A DNA stretch of 49,391 nt from Perkinsus chesapeaki ATCC PRA-425. Its lineage: Eukaryota > Protista > Perkinsozoa. The stretch lies in NCBI GenBank assembly GCA_013115145.1, contig JAAPAO010000230.1:1-49391 (forward strand), read 5' to 3'. The notes beneath the pieces are model-generated. The model had not been told where the DNA came from and made no database searches. It saw only the letters and a list, made by a program, of their open reading frames with translations. The position numbers and the translations under genes are program-made. Below, piece after piece: positions 23,296 through 35,228 of this stretch (positions are counted from its first letter, which is position 1; each line of letters starts with the position of its first letter).

Positions 23296-24770
23296 TGGGT
23301 GATTTCCGCATTGCCATTATAAGATGAGAATTGCCATGAAAGGCTTGCAACGGAACCCCAACTATACCAGTGACGCGGAATTTTCGGGAGTTTTAGCGAC
23401 GTGGGGATCCATAATGGATCATTCATTACCTGAGTACTGCAATATATGCCAGAGTTTCCGCCTTACACTGGGCGTAGGTGTCTTTCGGAGATGCGTCACG
23501 TCACGTGACCGTCTCCTCGTCCACCTGCCTCGTTGTGTATCCTCTGATACAGACCAACTATTGAAGTGGCTGGTGTAGTTTTGAAACTCACAGTCAAATC
23601 TTCTAGCCTTGCTTAACATCCAGTAGATCACCACTAGCTCCCCTCCGAGACACCATACGGCGTTGCCCAACGCTGTTCGGACACTCCTAATCGGACTCGA
23701 CATAATTCTGGTCCTCGGAGGGCACTGCGTGTTGGAACACAATGAAGTCCCCAGATTTGGCTTGAAGACTTCAAGTTGAAGTAGTGACTACATAGGCTGC
23801 TCATTAATTCCTACTCTAACCGGTACTGGAGGACTAACGGGGAAAGTAGGATCAGAGACCAAATTGCGCATGCGCACTGCTGCACCACCTGTCACGTCAT
23901 GGCGACACTCCCACGGAGCTCCTGCGCTTCACGGAACCATTATCGAATGTCGTGTCCGAAATGTGTGTGATGCAATCTAAGCAACCTCGCAACCCGACGT
24001 GCTACCTCCTGAGAGTATGCTGAGTCCTTGGCTCAATTTACAGAATACCCCCAAGGACGTTATGTCTAAATAACTAGCCCCATCCGCTTGTACTGGTCCT
24101 CTTTCGACCAAGATGTCTGCACTCCCGACAATATCTCCCGACATGTGAGGCGTCAACTTTGTTCTATGGGCAACGCGAGAAGACGGATTATCGGTGTATC
24201 TTCGAGATTGAGTAATTCGACTACAAACTCAAAGCGCTTCGACGCAAACCTTGTAGATGCATGATGTTTGTATATCTGTGATCCTTCGCTTCGCTCATGA
24301 GCACGGCTTCATTTCCGTGTCGGATATCTCAAGATACTCCCATTCCTAAGATACTCCCCATTTGCATATTAGTATATCTCGTAGTGACGACTGCGCTAGT
24401 ATAGCTTCGGCCCGTCTATGGTGACTCACTATCCCATTTAGGCTGGTTTTGTTCTTATTTCTACATTAGCCTGCTCTACACACTCAATCATTATGCCTGC
24501 ACCCTTCAACGAGTTGCGTCAAGAGAATGAACGGGATATCTTAACAACCTCGACCCCAACACTTCGACAATGGTGCTGTTCAGTGAGCCTTCAATGGCGA
24601 GTGTTGTATTACTTCACAAGAACGCAAGTGGAGTAGCATGAGAGGATGAAATAGTTGCTAGAATGTATACAAGATGTCATATTAATCCGTTAGAAGCATC
24701 GATCGTACTGATAGAGTCGCCAATCGGCCAGTGAGAATGACCTCATAGGCTACCAGTCATAGCCGAGTCA

Positions 24771-25646
24771 CTAGTCGAGGACTACATAAGTCGCCATCCC
24801 AGCACCATTCGGGTTCCACACTTGCTCCACCTCGGTGGGCAGGCTCCGGTCGTTAAAGGTGCCATTGTCGGAGTGTAGAGCGCAGGTATATAGATTTTCA
24901 CATACATTGGTCACGTTCGGTGGAAGGCCGACCTTCTTAGCCAAACCGCCAAAAGACACGAAGCTACGCGTTTGCAGTAAATCGACATGTTGCCCGAAGA
25001 AAGCAGGCTCGACCTCCATGGTCAAAATGAAAGGGACTGAAGCATGTGATGAAAGAATGTGGCCAAGGCACTGGCAAGCGATCCTGTTGGTGCAGTGAAG
25101 ATAAAACCGGCGATGCACAGTGAGGGTGGCATCACCCGAGAAGATAATAGAGTCTGATAAGGAAATGGCCTGCCCGATCGCATATTGTAAGTCGATGTGT
25201 CGAATGTGTACCTTGAGCCATGAAGGATTACTCTTAATAGAAAGGGTGAAGCTGAAGTTAGCATACCGATCAGGAACTTGTCGGGAATTGGTGACCACCG
25301 GACGTTCTAACCACGATGTGTCCATCCACGGCACTGCTGGTCCAGGATCGAAGTTAGTAATCTCCAATGTCCAGTTCGAAATATAAGCACATGCTACATA
25401 CGACTTGAACAATAATAGTAGAAAGTTGAAGATGAAGTAGAAGGCAAAAAGACTGAAAATACAAGCCATTATCAGCTGGCCGAATCTACGTTTTGTCCGC
25501 TCAGCTTTAGATGGTACCAAGGGAGCTTCAGAGGACGGTTGGTTAGAACCGAGACGGTTGTTCCTCCAAGATGAGCGGGTGGGCAGGCTTGGAAGATCCG
25601 ACAGACGCGTGTGCAGTGAAGCGCTGCACCAGGCTATCGTTACCAT
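24771..25646 (-). CDS. Membrane-anchored LEA_2/WHy-like protein, paralog 2 (intronless)
   Basis: TM FSLFAFYFIFNFLLLLF; YISNWTLEITNFDPGP; ANFSFTLSIKSNPSWLKVHIRHIDLQY; CLGHILS. Confidence 0.78.
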   Translation of the reverse strand: MVTIAWCSASLHTRLSDLPSLPTRSSWRNNRLGSNQPSSEAPLVPSKAERTKRRFGQLIMACIFSLFAFYFIFNFLLLLFKSYVACAYISNWTLEITNFDPGPAVPWMDTSWLERPVVTNSRQVPDRYANFSFTLSIKSNPSWLKVHIRHIDLQYAIGQAISLSDSIIFSGDATLTVHRRFYLHCTNRIACQCLGHILSSHASVPFILTMEVEPAFFGQHVDLLQTRSFVSFGGLAKKVGLPPNVTNVCENLYTCALHSDNGTFNDRSLPTEVEQVWNPNGAGMATYVVLD

Positions 25647-26800
25647 TCAGGAAAAAGATAAATATAAATCTGAAATAGACGCCCTACGTAATTGATATTG
25701 GTAGTTGGGAATTGAGATTGAGATTGGGGGCGTCGAGAAGACCGCCAGAAGAGCTCATACCCGGCTAGAATACTTATGGTGGCCGCTCCCTTTCACGTGA
25801 CGTAGAGCACTTCCTTCGGCAGGCATCGGAACGATTTCAGTGACACGCTCCATCCGCAAGGTGTCACCTTCTCTGCCTGTCTCCGCATATCAGCGGTTGG
25901 AGTCCCGTGTACCTCCTAACTTTATTAGTCTCCATTCTGAGAGATCACCCTTTGCCTGGCGTAGGTGATATGCTTAGCAGTACAAGTTCTCGGTTACTAG
26001 TTCCCTAATTCCGGGTAGCTAACAGGAAGGAATTGGAAGCCGGAACTAGACAAAGCGAAAAGGTCCGTCGGATCCACCAGTGTCTTATTGAAGGCTCCTG
26101 GTATTTACTAAGAGCTCTGCCACTTCGTTGGAACGCTTCTCAGCATCACTCAGCATGGGCATAGAATGGCTCAACCGTGGCTCACTGTGCACGGGAAAGG
26201 CTGGGACCCCGAATTTGAATCGCTCGGCCCACGCGTCTCCACACCCGCGCGCCACCGGGACTGTGTCACGGTATGGGGGCTGACATCAATTTTGCTAATG
26301 AAGTCAGTGGTCTTGGTCGGACACAAACACGGCCAGTAGCCCCTTGGGCGGGAAGGCCTATAATGGCGACTGGGTGTGTAAAAGCCCTTCATGAACCTTT
26401 CTAGTGTAGACTAGGCGGTTCTGGTTTATACTGAGAGTCAGAGATTTTAGGTATACTGCGAGTCAAAGGTCCTTCCTGATTCGCTATGGACATCGTGTTA
26501 ATGACATGCGCGGTTCATTCGGTCGGAGCTTTGACTGCTTGCGGGCACTTGAAGATTATCACTACGTCTGAATTTTGCATCCTTGAGAGAATTGTAATGC
26601 GGACATCGTTGTGTAAAAACACGCTTTTAGGTAACACAAGTCATATAATACAATATGATCTAGGCAAAAAATAAGCAGAGTATGATGCAATGATATTAAC
26701 CAGCATGTAGTTGAATGAAGAGTTCAATGAATATTAACATGCCAGAAGTAAAGGCCTTGCCAGTGGCCATAAATGGCTCTATAGTGGGATACAGACGAGA

Positions 26801-27631
26801 TCAAACCCGTTTCTGTTTGACCCATTCAGCGGGGTCCAAAGGTAGGCCCGCAGTAAACTCTGGAATCGTTGTGACGGTAACCCCGGCCTGAAAGCTAGCT
26901 CTATCAATCGTGTCTCTGACTTCCTTTTCATAGAAAACCTCGCAGCCACGGGCCGCGTCTTTATCAATGCCCACACCACTAAAGCTCCGCCCGGAAACGC
27001 CAAAAGATACCAAGGCGCTCACTTCAAGTAGATCAACCGTGTGTCCAAATAATGAAGCCTCAGCTTCGAAAGTAGCAACACTGGGAACCGATTTTTCCGT
27101 CGCAAGGATATGAGGGAGGCAAAAATCCCTATACGCGAGATCTAATTGCTGCACAACGGTGATTGCGGTATCGCCAGAGAAGGCTATGTTAGCATGCGAT
27201 AGAGTCCCGATTAGTCCAATCCCGTAATGTAGGTCCACGTGACGGATATTCATCGTCAGCCATGAAGGATTATTCTCAATGGATAGAGTGAAGTTAACAT
27301 AGTGATGCTGGTCGGGAGCTTGCAGGAGATGGAATTCATCCAGAAAGCTCTCCGGCAATAACGGTGCTGACCATGGCTCAAAGTGTGTGAGCTCCACCTT
27401 CCAGTTCGAGATTAGAAAACATACTATGTGAAACTTAAATAACAGAAGCAGAAAGCAAAAGATCAAGTAGAAGCTAAAGATGTTCAATACGAACATTATA
27501 ATCAGCTGAATGTATTTATGATGTGGCCGATCAGATGTAGAGGGCGAGAGCGTGTTCAGCGTAGAGTTAACCGCAGCTCTGGAGAGGATCGGATGACGTG
27601 CGTCCTCCGAGGAGCAGCGCGATTCTCCCAT
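26801..27631 (-). CDS. Membrane-anchored LEA_2/WHy-like protein, paralog 3 (intronless)
   Basis: TM IFSFYLIFCFLLLLF; ISNWKVELTHFEP; VNFTLSIENNPSWLTMNIRHVDLHY; CLPHILA. Confidence 0.78.
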   Translation of the reverse strand: MGESRCSSEDARHPILSRAAVNSTLNTLSPSTSDRPHHKYIQLIIMFVLNIFSFYLIFCFLLLLFKFHIVCFLISNWKVELTHFEPWSAPLLPESFLDEFHLLQAPDQHHYVNFTLSIENNPSWLTMNIRHVDLHYGIGLIGTLSHANIAFSGDTAITVVQQLDLAYRDFCLPHILATEKSVPSVATFEAEASLFGHTVDLLEVSALVSFGVSGRSFSGVGIDKDAARGCEVFYEKEVRDTIDRASFQAGVTVTTIPEFTAGLPLDPAEWVKQKRV

Positions 27632-27738
27632 TACCGTTGGAAAACGCAGATCACTGTGAAAGGATGATGATGGTTTCTTAAGAATATGCCGTTCAACGCA
27701 AAGGTTTCGAAAAATCTCATTGGGAAATGGTTCGAGGG

Positions 27739-29986
27739 CTACCCTCGTAACGACCGAATTTCGGACCCGAACGGCTCAGAGGGAAATGCGTCACGCTTAG
27801 TGACTATTGCCACATCTGCCCCGCTGCTGCTCCGGGCATCACCGACGTTGGCAATCGACAGCCGGAAAGTGCTGAGCTTCGGATTTCTACCGCCAGTGTT
27901 GTCGCTAAATCGTCCTTCACAGTCCTGCTGCAGAATGAGCAGTTACGCACGCGTGCTGTCTATATGTGTCATGTCGCGCTGTCACTTTTGCTCCACGGAA
28001 GCAACTCCCGAAAGCAGATTCGGCAGGCTTCTCTCGACCGCCGGGGTTGAACTTGTATAACACAACTCGCTCCGCGCTTACCAAGAATTCAGTCCGTGGT
28101 CATGTGTGGTGCGTCTCACTGACCAGCGTTCAAGTCACATAATACAGATTTTAATTACGGTCTCCGTCACTTCCGAGGCCCCTCCGTTTGATAGTAATGA
28201 CCGCTCCTTGTTGTTATCAGGAGGGATGCGAGATTCGGGTTTGCAGCGAGCGGATGAACTCCCTTGCGAATGCACGACATCTGAACAATAGTGCTCAATT
28301 AGTCTGTGTGTTTCATCGTTGAAGTGCTTCACAATCGCATATCAGGATAACTCAGACATTCGATCCGAAATGATCTTGCCGGACGATCGGAGAAAGCGTA
28401 GAATCTCACCTCTTCAGCTCCGTCCGTTGAGCTTTCCCTACTGCCTTCACCAAAAAGGATGTTTTCAACATCGATGCCAAACATGTTCTCTACTGTTTCA
28501 GATGAACTACCCAAGTCTTGACTGGACAATGAGAGTGTCTGTTCCTCAACAGAGTTCCGGCCATAAGGACAATCCCGCCTCGCGGATACCTCGGTTCCTC
28601 GTGACTCCGCTCTAACACAGAAGCTAGGTTATGTATTGTAATGGCAAGACTGTTCCGTAGTTGAGTAGCATCGACTTGTGCTATAGTAAAGACCGTTTAA
28701 GAGGGACTTACGTATCAGTCGAGTTAATTGAGGGAGCGGTTGACTGATGAAGCTTGCCTGTCGGCTCTCCTGGGGGCTGAAGGACAGAGATCTTGTATTT
28801 CTATAACTTGGGCTCAACCTAGCAGCAATTTATTAATCCGACGTCTCGCGCGAGAACATATTGAGATCAAATTAAGGCTAACTTGAGATTCGGCGCTGCC
28901 GCCGACTTGGACGGACGTGTTGACGCACCGATTGTTCGCGGACTGCCACAGACTTACTGCTTTGTTCACTGCACCAGATGGAGGGTCTGTGGCTTGTCTA
29001 TCCCTGAGCCTGAGGAGTCTTCGCCCGCCTGAGAGCAGAAATAAAGCGTCCGAGATCCCACAAGTGGTCGAAAAATCCACGCGATGGACTAGATACTGTA
29101 TTGACAAGGAAGGCTGTAAAAATACAGAACTGCCACTTGGGCTTTCCTAGTTGAGGAGCGTGCTGCATTAGTCCGACCGCGTTTAGTGTGCCAAGTAGCC
29201 GAGGAACAATCTTGCTGCTCTGAACCCGAGAGACCTCACCGTCATCAAAGCCTGGCATGGGTTCTACAGCTTGAGCCTCGGAGGACTTTCGTGACTTCCT
29301 TCGAACGTGACTGGCTTTCTTCGCTGTGCTAGAGCAGCCTAGCAGAAGCTCACTTAAGTGTCACGAATTCGCATCGGTCTTACCCGCCTTTTTCTTATCG
29401 GTCGGGATTCGTTCGAATGGAGTTGTGCTCGGATGCCGATCGTGTGTGTTTGAAGAACACGGAGCTTCCAGATTGATACGTTTTAGTTCACGTTTCATCA
29501 CTTCTGCACGGGGCCGGCATGCTTGTCGGTGTTTATCCAGCGCCGTCTAGAATATAGAATCTCCAGAATATTTACAGCGCGCAAGTTTACCGCAGAGCTG
29601 AATGTTCGCTCGCAGACTTCGCAAACGATCTGTGGCCTTGCTTCTGCAGCCTTCAACCTTGAGTATTTCGTAACATCTCGGGGGCCGTCTAACTAAAGAC
29701 AGTCGAGAGCGCAGGAGAACAAATTTTTAAGCTGGAAAGCTACTTTAATCCTTTTAAGGCGGCTTTCGCCATCTGTCCCACGGATATAGTGTCTGAGCTT
29801 GTCGAATTTAGGAACTGAAGAGAGCCATATCTTGGCCGTTATCAAGCTCATCAGTGTGGGAAGTTCTGTCGGCTGCTTTCCTTGGTCTAGCTCTAAGATG
29901 CCCCTGCCGAACCCCACATCTTTAAAGCTGCGTAGGATTCGGAAGGATAGGACGAACTCTCGAGCAGTTTCCTTCCTCATCAGCAT
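27739..29986 (-). CDS. Multi-exon hypothetical protein with a C2HC zinc finger
   Basis: Splicing across the intron at about 29548-29593 gives CEVCERTFSSA|TALDKHRQAC (C-x2-C..F..L..H-x3-C). Further phase-compatible low-complexity exons follow to a stop at 27739. Start uncertain. Confidence 0.55.
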
Positions 29987-30483
29987 GTATGAGAGAGCCT
30001 ATGTTTTATCACTGTTCTACGCGTCCGTCTCTGCACAAGCACAGATGAGTAGCTAAGTCGCATCACTGATGTCACTCGCCCACGCGACCTCTCAGGCGTC
30101 CACAGAGGCCTTGGTGCTTCACTAGAGATGGTAACCTGACCTTTAGTTCATCTCATTCCTACAGATAACTTTCTTACCCAAAACTTTTCCCACAAATTGC
30201 ACAACTCTCCAACTGACGACTGCTCATTGGGCACCCATCGAAACAACCCTTATTATTAAAACATTCACTAACTTCATTACAAAGCGAACAGCCTTCTCAA
30301 CTTCTGCACGTGTAACTTTTCGCGGGAGTTCCACCTTCGGATCCATTGACTCCGAAAACACCTATCAAGTCTTAAAGGAGTTAAGGGGGATGGAATGTGA
30401 CACGAGTCCGTTGACTTGGTCGATTTCGGGCAACTAACCCAAGATGGATATAGCAGTGAACATCCATTGACATTAAAAGTAAG

Positions 30484-32127
30484 TTATCGTACAGTTGCTT
30501 GTAATATCTTTTTCCTATACAAAGTTCGAACAAAGTAAATAATAAAAACGGATCCTATAGCTAAGATGCTCACAGTCGTTACCCACTCCACGGAGGGGAT
30601 CATGTCGACAGTCCCGTGTCGTGAACTAACCCCATATCCCTGCTGGACCGGGACTTCACCGTCGACGTTATCATTCTGATCAGACTCACCGTCGTCGGCA
30701 TCACGGTCATCTGCGTGCTCCTCGGGATCATTATAACTGTTGGAGCCCCTGTCTGGCCGCTCGGGTCGTACAAACTCTTTGATTCCGACCTCCACCGGTG
30801 CCACCTCGGAATTAATTTCTGGAATAGAGATTACACCATCTTCAACAGTCCCGTCGCCAGCATTAGTGCTCGACGCAGTTTCATCCACCTTGGGCTTTGC
30901 TGGCTTCCCAGCACCAGCAGCACCGGTATTGCCTTTTGCAGTCGGACTTTTCCGGCTCTCTGCCTTACCTTGCGTCGCGGCCTGCTTGGAGGGCTTTCTC
31001 GGTTTGTCTTCCGGTGGATTAGGCTTCTTTTCTGCCTTCTCAGGCGATTTCTTCTCGTTTTTCTGAGCCTCTTTTTTCTCCTCAGTTTCGGGCTTCTTTT
31101 TCCCTTCCTGGGCCTTATCTGGTTTTTGCACCTCCTTTCTTGGCTCACCCCCAAACCCGCGCAAATTGCTCGCCTCGGCTTTCTTGGGAGGTACCAAAAC
31201 TCCCGACTTGACTGCCGTGCCAATAACAACCATCCAACCCCCGTTAAACTTGTAGTTCAAAGGCACTTTCTTCATGTTCGTGAAGGCGATGCCCGGCATA
31301 CCCGGTCGACCGTACTTCAACTGGAGCGACACCAGCGGCTTCTTCGGTACTCTGCAATCGGCGCCATCTTGGACATCCCATTTAGATGGGAATAAATCGT
31401 CATGATTTGCGCACAACTTCCCAAATTTTCCGCACAGTTGTTTTCCATCATTATTTCCCTCGCACTTGCACGGAGCTGTCTTGTCATTGCTTCTATAAAG
31501 GAAGAACAGGTCCACGTGGCACGATACTTTACCGACTCGGTGCACAACTCGCAGCTCGTCAGCTTCGCACTTCTCCCAGGTATCGCTCTTTACTTCCGAG
31601 CCAACTCCAGATTTAATAGCAGTTGCCCGATAATCCTTCGCCGGCAGACGCGCTTGGATAACTTCTGCCATGTTCTTCTGGCCGGAAATCGCGTTTTTCT
31701 TAAAAGATTCTCTGCAGTTCTCTTTCAGTAAGGTCATGTCAGCATCCAAATCCCACGGGATGAAAGTCTTGCTGTGGCGATACCACCCCAGCAGCGACCC
31801 GTCGCTCAGAGAAGCATCGACGCCCAACTTGTCAAGAACGTGTGTCGTTGTGTTGATTACTTCTGTCATGCATTCGAAGAACTTGCTACGTGTCTCCATC
31901 GCCAATATCTCCTCGTGATTCAAACACAAAGTGCTGTTGATCAGAATCTCTTCTTTGGGCCATCTCGACGTCTCAACTTCATCCTTCACGCTCAACGGGC
32001 ACAAAAATATCTTCTCTAGGGGAGCGGTAGTGGGAGCCGCATCGGCAACAACGCGGATGTAAGCGTGGGGGTGCTCGGCTGACCAACCGCCTTCAATAAA
32101 AGTTAGTAGGATGATTAAGAACATCAT
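30484..32127 (-). CDS. LicD/fukutin-family nucleotidyltransferase-fold protein, type I membrane topology, intronless
   Basis: Signal peptide; LSDGSLLGWYRHSKTFIPWDLDADM (LicD signature) and HVDLF; K/E/P-rich and acidic stalk; TM WVTTVSILAIGSVFIIYFV with a short basic tail. Confidence 0.88.
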   Translation of the reverse strand: MMFLIILLTFIEGGWSAEHPHAYIRVVADAAPTTAPLEKIFLCPLSVKDEVETSRWPKEEILINSTLCLNHEEILAMETRSKFFECMTEVINTTTHVLDKLGVDASLSDGSLLGWYRHSKTFIPWDLDADMTLLKENCRESFKKNAISGQKNMAEVIQARLPAKDYRATAIKSGVGSEVKSDTWEKCEADELRVVHRVGKVSCHVDLFFLYRSNDKTAPCKCEGNNDGKQLCGKFGKLCANHDDLFPSKWDVQDGADCRVPKKPLVSLQLKYGRPGMPGIAFTNMKKVPLNYKFNGGWMVVIGTAVKSGVLVPPKKAEASNLRGFGGEPRKEVQKPDKAQEGKKKPETEEKKEAQKNEKKSPEKAEKKPNPPEDKPRKPSKQAATQGKAESRKSPTAKGNTGAAGAGKPAKPKVDETASSTNAGDGTVEDGVISIPEINSEVAPVEVGIKEFVRPERPDRGSNSYNDPEEHADDRDADDGESDQNDNVDGEVPVQQGYGVSSRHGTVDMIPSVEWVTTVSILAIGSVFIIYFVRTLYRKKILQATVR

Positions 32128-35100
32128 GCAGATTTCAGAGACTGGATGCTCTGGATTCCGCTCGTGCCAATAACAGATTGCACCGGCGCGCGCGTTCTGT
32201 GCGAGACGGCAACGTTACTGGTGGGCAAGGGCGGCTGTCGCAGGACTTATCGCGGAAAGGCCACCGATTGGCGTGGCCTTGGCTACTTCGCGTTACCGTA
32301 CTTTGTCGATGGCCGTTTGAGAATATATACATTTGGTCGTCTACATGCCTTGTCGAGCAATAGAAATTTCAGAAAATTCCGGAGGAGGTTTTTCCGTCTC
32401 GCACATACCACTACGTACTGTATTCCTTCTGACGACGATTCTATGTTCAAGGGTAACAGGTATTCCACTTTGGTACTAGTAACCCATATTTTAGACAATC
32501 TTCCTTCATCCGTATAACAACATAGTCATTCTGCAAAGGTGACACGAATGGCGAAGATTATAGAGTAGTTAGTTGTTTTCTGGGTCATAGGCGACAGGCG
32601 CTGGTCAGTGGTGCAGTGCCGAAATAGCTGCCTTCCTCAGGTCAGCACTACTGAGGAAGCCTTCATCAGGAAGGTACCCTGCAATTGTTCGATATGCAAA
32701 AACCTCCGACTTTGTGAAAAAAGTCTTTCCTTCGACCACATGCACATTTTTGAACACCGTGCTGGTATGGCTCACCGAATCGGTAGGCCCAGAGCGTTCT
32801 AGACAAATCCTAATTAACCGGCTTGCTCAAGACTGATGATGGGCTGAGTTAAAGAAAAATAATTGATAACTACTTGGACCACACGGAAACGATATAGCTC
32901 ATCGGGGAAACGGATGCTTCACATTCATAGACGACAGGACAGTGCTGCTGCTGTGGCCAGAAAATGAAATTGAATAATGCACACTGTCCATGACGATCAC
33001 GGGACTGAACTACTGAAACTTCATCAAGTCAATTTCTGAGCTCATCCCTTAATCTTAGAGTTAATCGGGGAGAGCGGTATAGGCCTCAAAAGCTAGTAAG
33101 GAGCACTGGCAAAGCTCACGGCATTCCTTTGCGAACTCGGAATGGAAATCAACGGGAATCGGCAAGCACCATTGTACCTACAAAGAACAAAGAAATTGAA
33201 CCATTCATCGCGAGAAAGCCACGTAGTTCAACGCCGATTGGAGAGCTTCAGAAACCAGGAAACTGGCCGTAGTTGCGTTGTGTGCCTAGCCTTCCTAAGG
33301 AAAGTTAGGCACTCTTCGGAAGGACCAACAAACGTTGCAAGAACCACATCCAAGGAATCGTACTGAGAAGGCTTCCTTGTGCGCGTTGCGCATGCGTGCA
33401 GATTGCTTCATACACCACAAAAAATCGCAGCGTCGTCTGCCCATCAGAGGTTTCTATACCAATGAAGAGGAGTATTATTAAACCCCGCCACAGTGAAGAG
33501 TGGCATGGCAGCGCGATAGCTCAGAAGGTGTCGCACTAGAGGAATCTACCGTAATAGAACTTACTCGACTCCTCCCGGGCTTGACTGTCCGTAACCGCTA
33601 CCATTCTCGTAGCCGTATCTGAAGGATGACCAATTGGGAAGTGGAATGCGGTATGCTGATATGTAGATTTGATTTCAGCTGTAATAATGGATACGCAATC
33701 GAGCGGGAAGGGTTCGGGCTCTAAACGATTCAGAAGCAAATAAACTCGAAGTGACTCGTCACAAAAATATTATCAAGTGAATAACACTTACAACAGTAAT
33801 ATGATTCAGCACGTGGAGAGTCTACGCACAGGAGAACTAATGAAGAAACGAAACGCCTTCCCACCACTTGAGAATCATCAGCAACCGCTACCACCGGCCG
33901 CTGATGACGCAGTGGAGTGGAGGAAGGAAAATTATCATTTGTTAGTATGCATTTGAGTTGCATGAATATATATGATTAAAACAGTTTGACAGAGTACTCA
34001 AAAGGAAAGGTCTACTGAACTAAGCAATAGTCTATAGGCTGGTCAGAAACTATTCGGACACCTGTCACGACCAATCCACGCTCTCTGTAGCGTCACATCT
34101 ACAACACCTCTCTGGGCTATTATGCGCCATAGAGGTAAGATTGGAACTTTTCACAATCTCCAACCTACCCTGGTGGGCCGTCCAACTTCATCTTCCTCTG
34201 CCCGCTTCCATGACTTCCGTATCCCGAATGCAGACCAACACACCCAAACGGTGGTTCGTAACTGAACTATGATAATACTACTACCACTGCCTAGGGAAAA
34301 AAACAAAAGGAAATTTTACAAAATTTTCCGCTCCACTTGAAAAAGATTTCATCACTCCACTGAGGACGGCTGTGAGATATTCCAACACTAAGGTTACCCT
34401 ACCTTTGGACAGGCGCCCCATCCCGGCACTCCAACGCGAATGGGGTAGCAGTCGGCGAGCCACAGGTAGTGGAGGAGGACGTGCTTGTTGGAGAGAGACC
34501 GTTGACGGCCAAGAAGGTGCCACTGAAAGAGGTACGCCATGGTGAAGTAGTAGTGCTTAGTTCAAATGCGGCCTTCAGTCACATATATGAAAATCAATTA
34601 CTTGATTTTCGGGTATACCAGTAGCGCTCTTTTCGACAGTGCTGTAAGAAATGCATGTTGTTCCCTGAATTTACTCCCGAGAAGAGGACGGTTCCCTCTT
34701 CGCGCCTCCCAGGACGATTCCGCGGGAGAGTTTCATTGTTAAATTGAGGATGTTCCTCTCAGCCCAGCTTACGTGAGACTTCCAGCTAACTGTTGAGGTG
34801 GGATACTCCTAATTGGGCCGCTATGGCGGAGATCAGGGACTCCAAACATGTTATGAGAGGGAGATTGGCCATTCTAAAACAACACATTTCGTAACAGGGA
34901 CAGAATAGATTCCTTTTTTCACCGCGCCATCACACCGGGATTACCCGGCTAACAAAATGATGGCGAAGGATACAAAAGTGCAGGGAGTTCCACGAAATTC
35001 TGATATTGATACTTCCGAGTGTCTCCGTGCATGCGTACAACCAGTAGCAGCAGCAGTAGCTATAACTTAGATATCGATCGAGCGATCGATATCTAGCGGC

Positions 35101-35228
35101 TTGCACCAAACGCATTTACAATTGAGCCTCGTCTCATTATATCACCTTGCCTAGCGTTATAGAGCAGAAGTGGTCAGGGAGCTCCACGAAGTAACTATAT
35201 TTATACTTGCAGGTGTATCGAAAATGAA

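Noticed and set aside
26195-26260. tRNA-like ATTCAAATTCGG on the minus strand
   Set aside because: No G53, T stem only 3 bp, and no acceptor partner.
29693-29986. Resemblance to a fatty-acyl-CoA reductase NAD-binding segment
   Set aside because: No TGxxGFLG motif; the segment belongs more plausibly to the zinc-finger gene.
32615-34540. Possible minus-strand multi-exon gene
   Set aside because: Some segments look coding, but no consistent model or family could be established.
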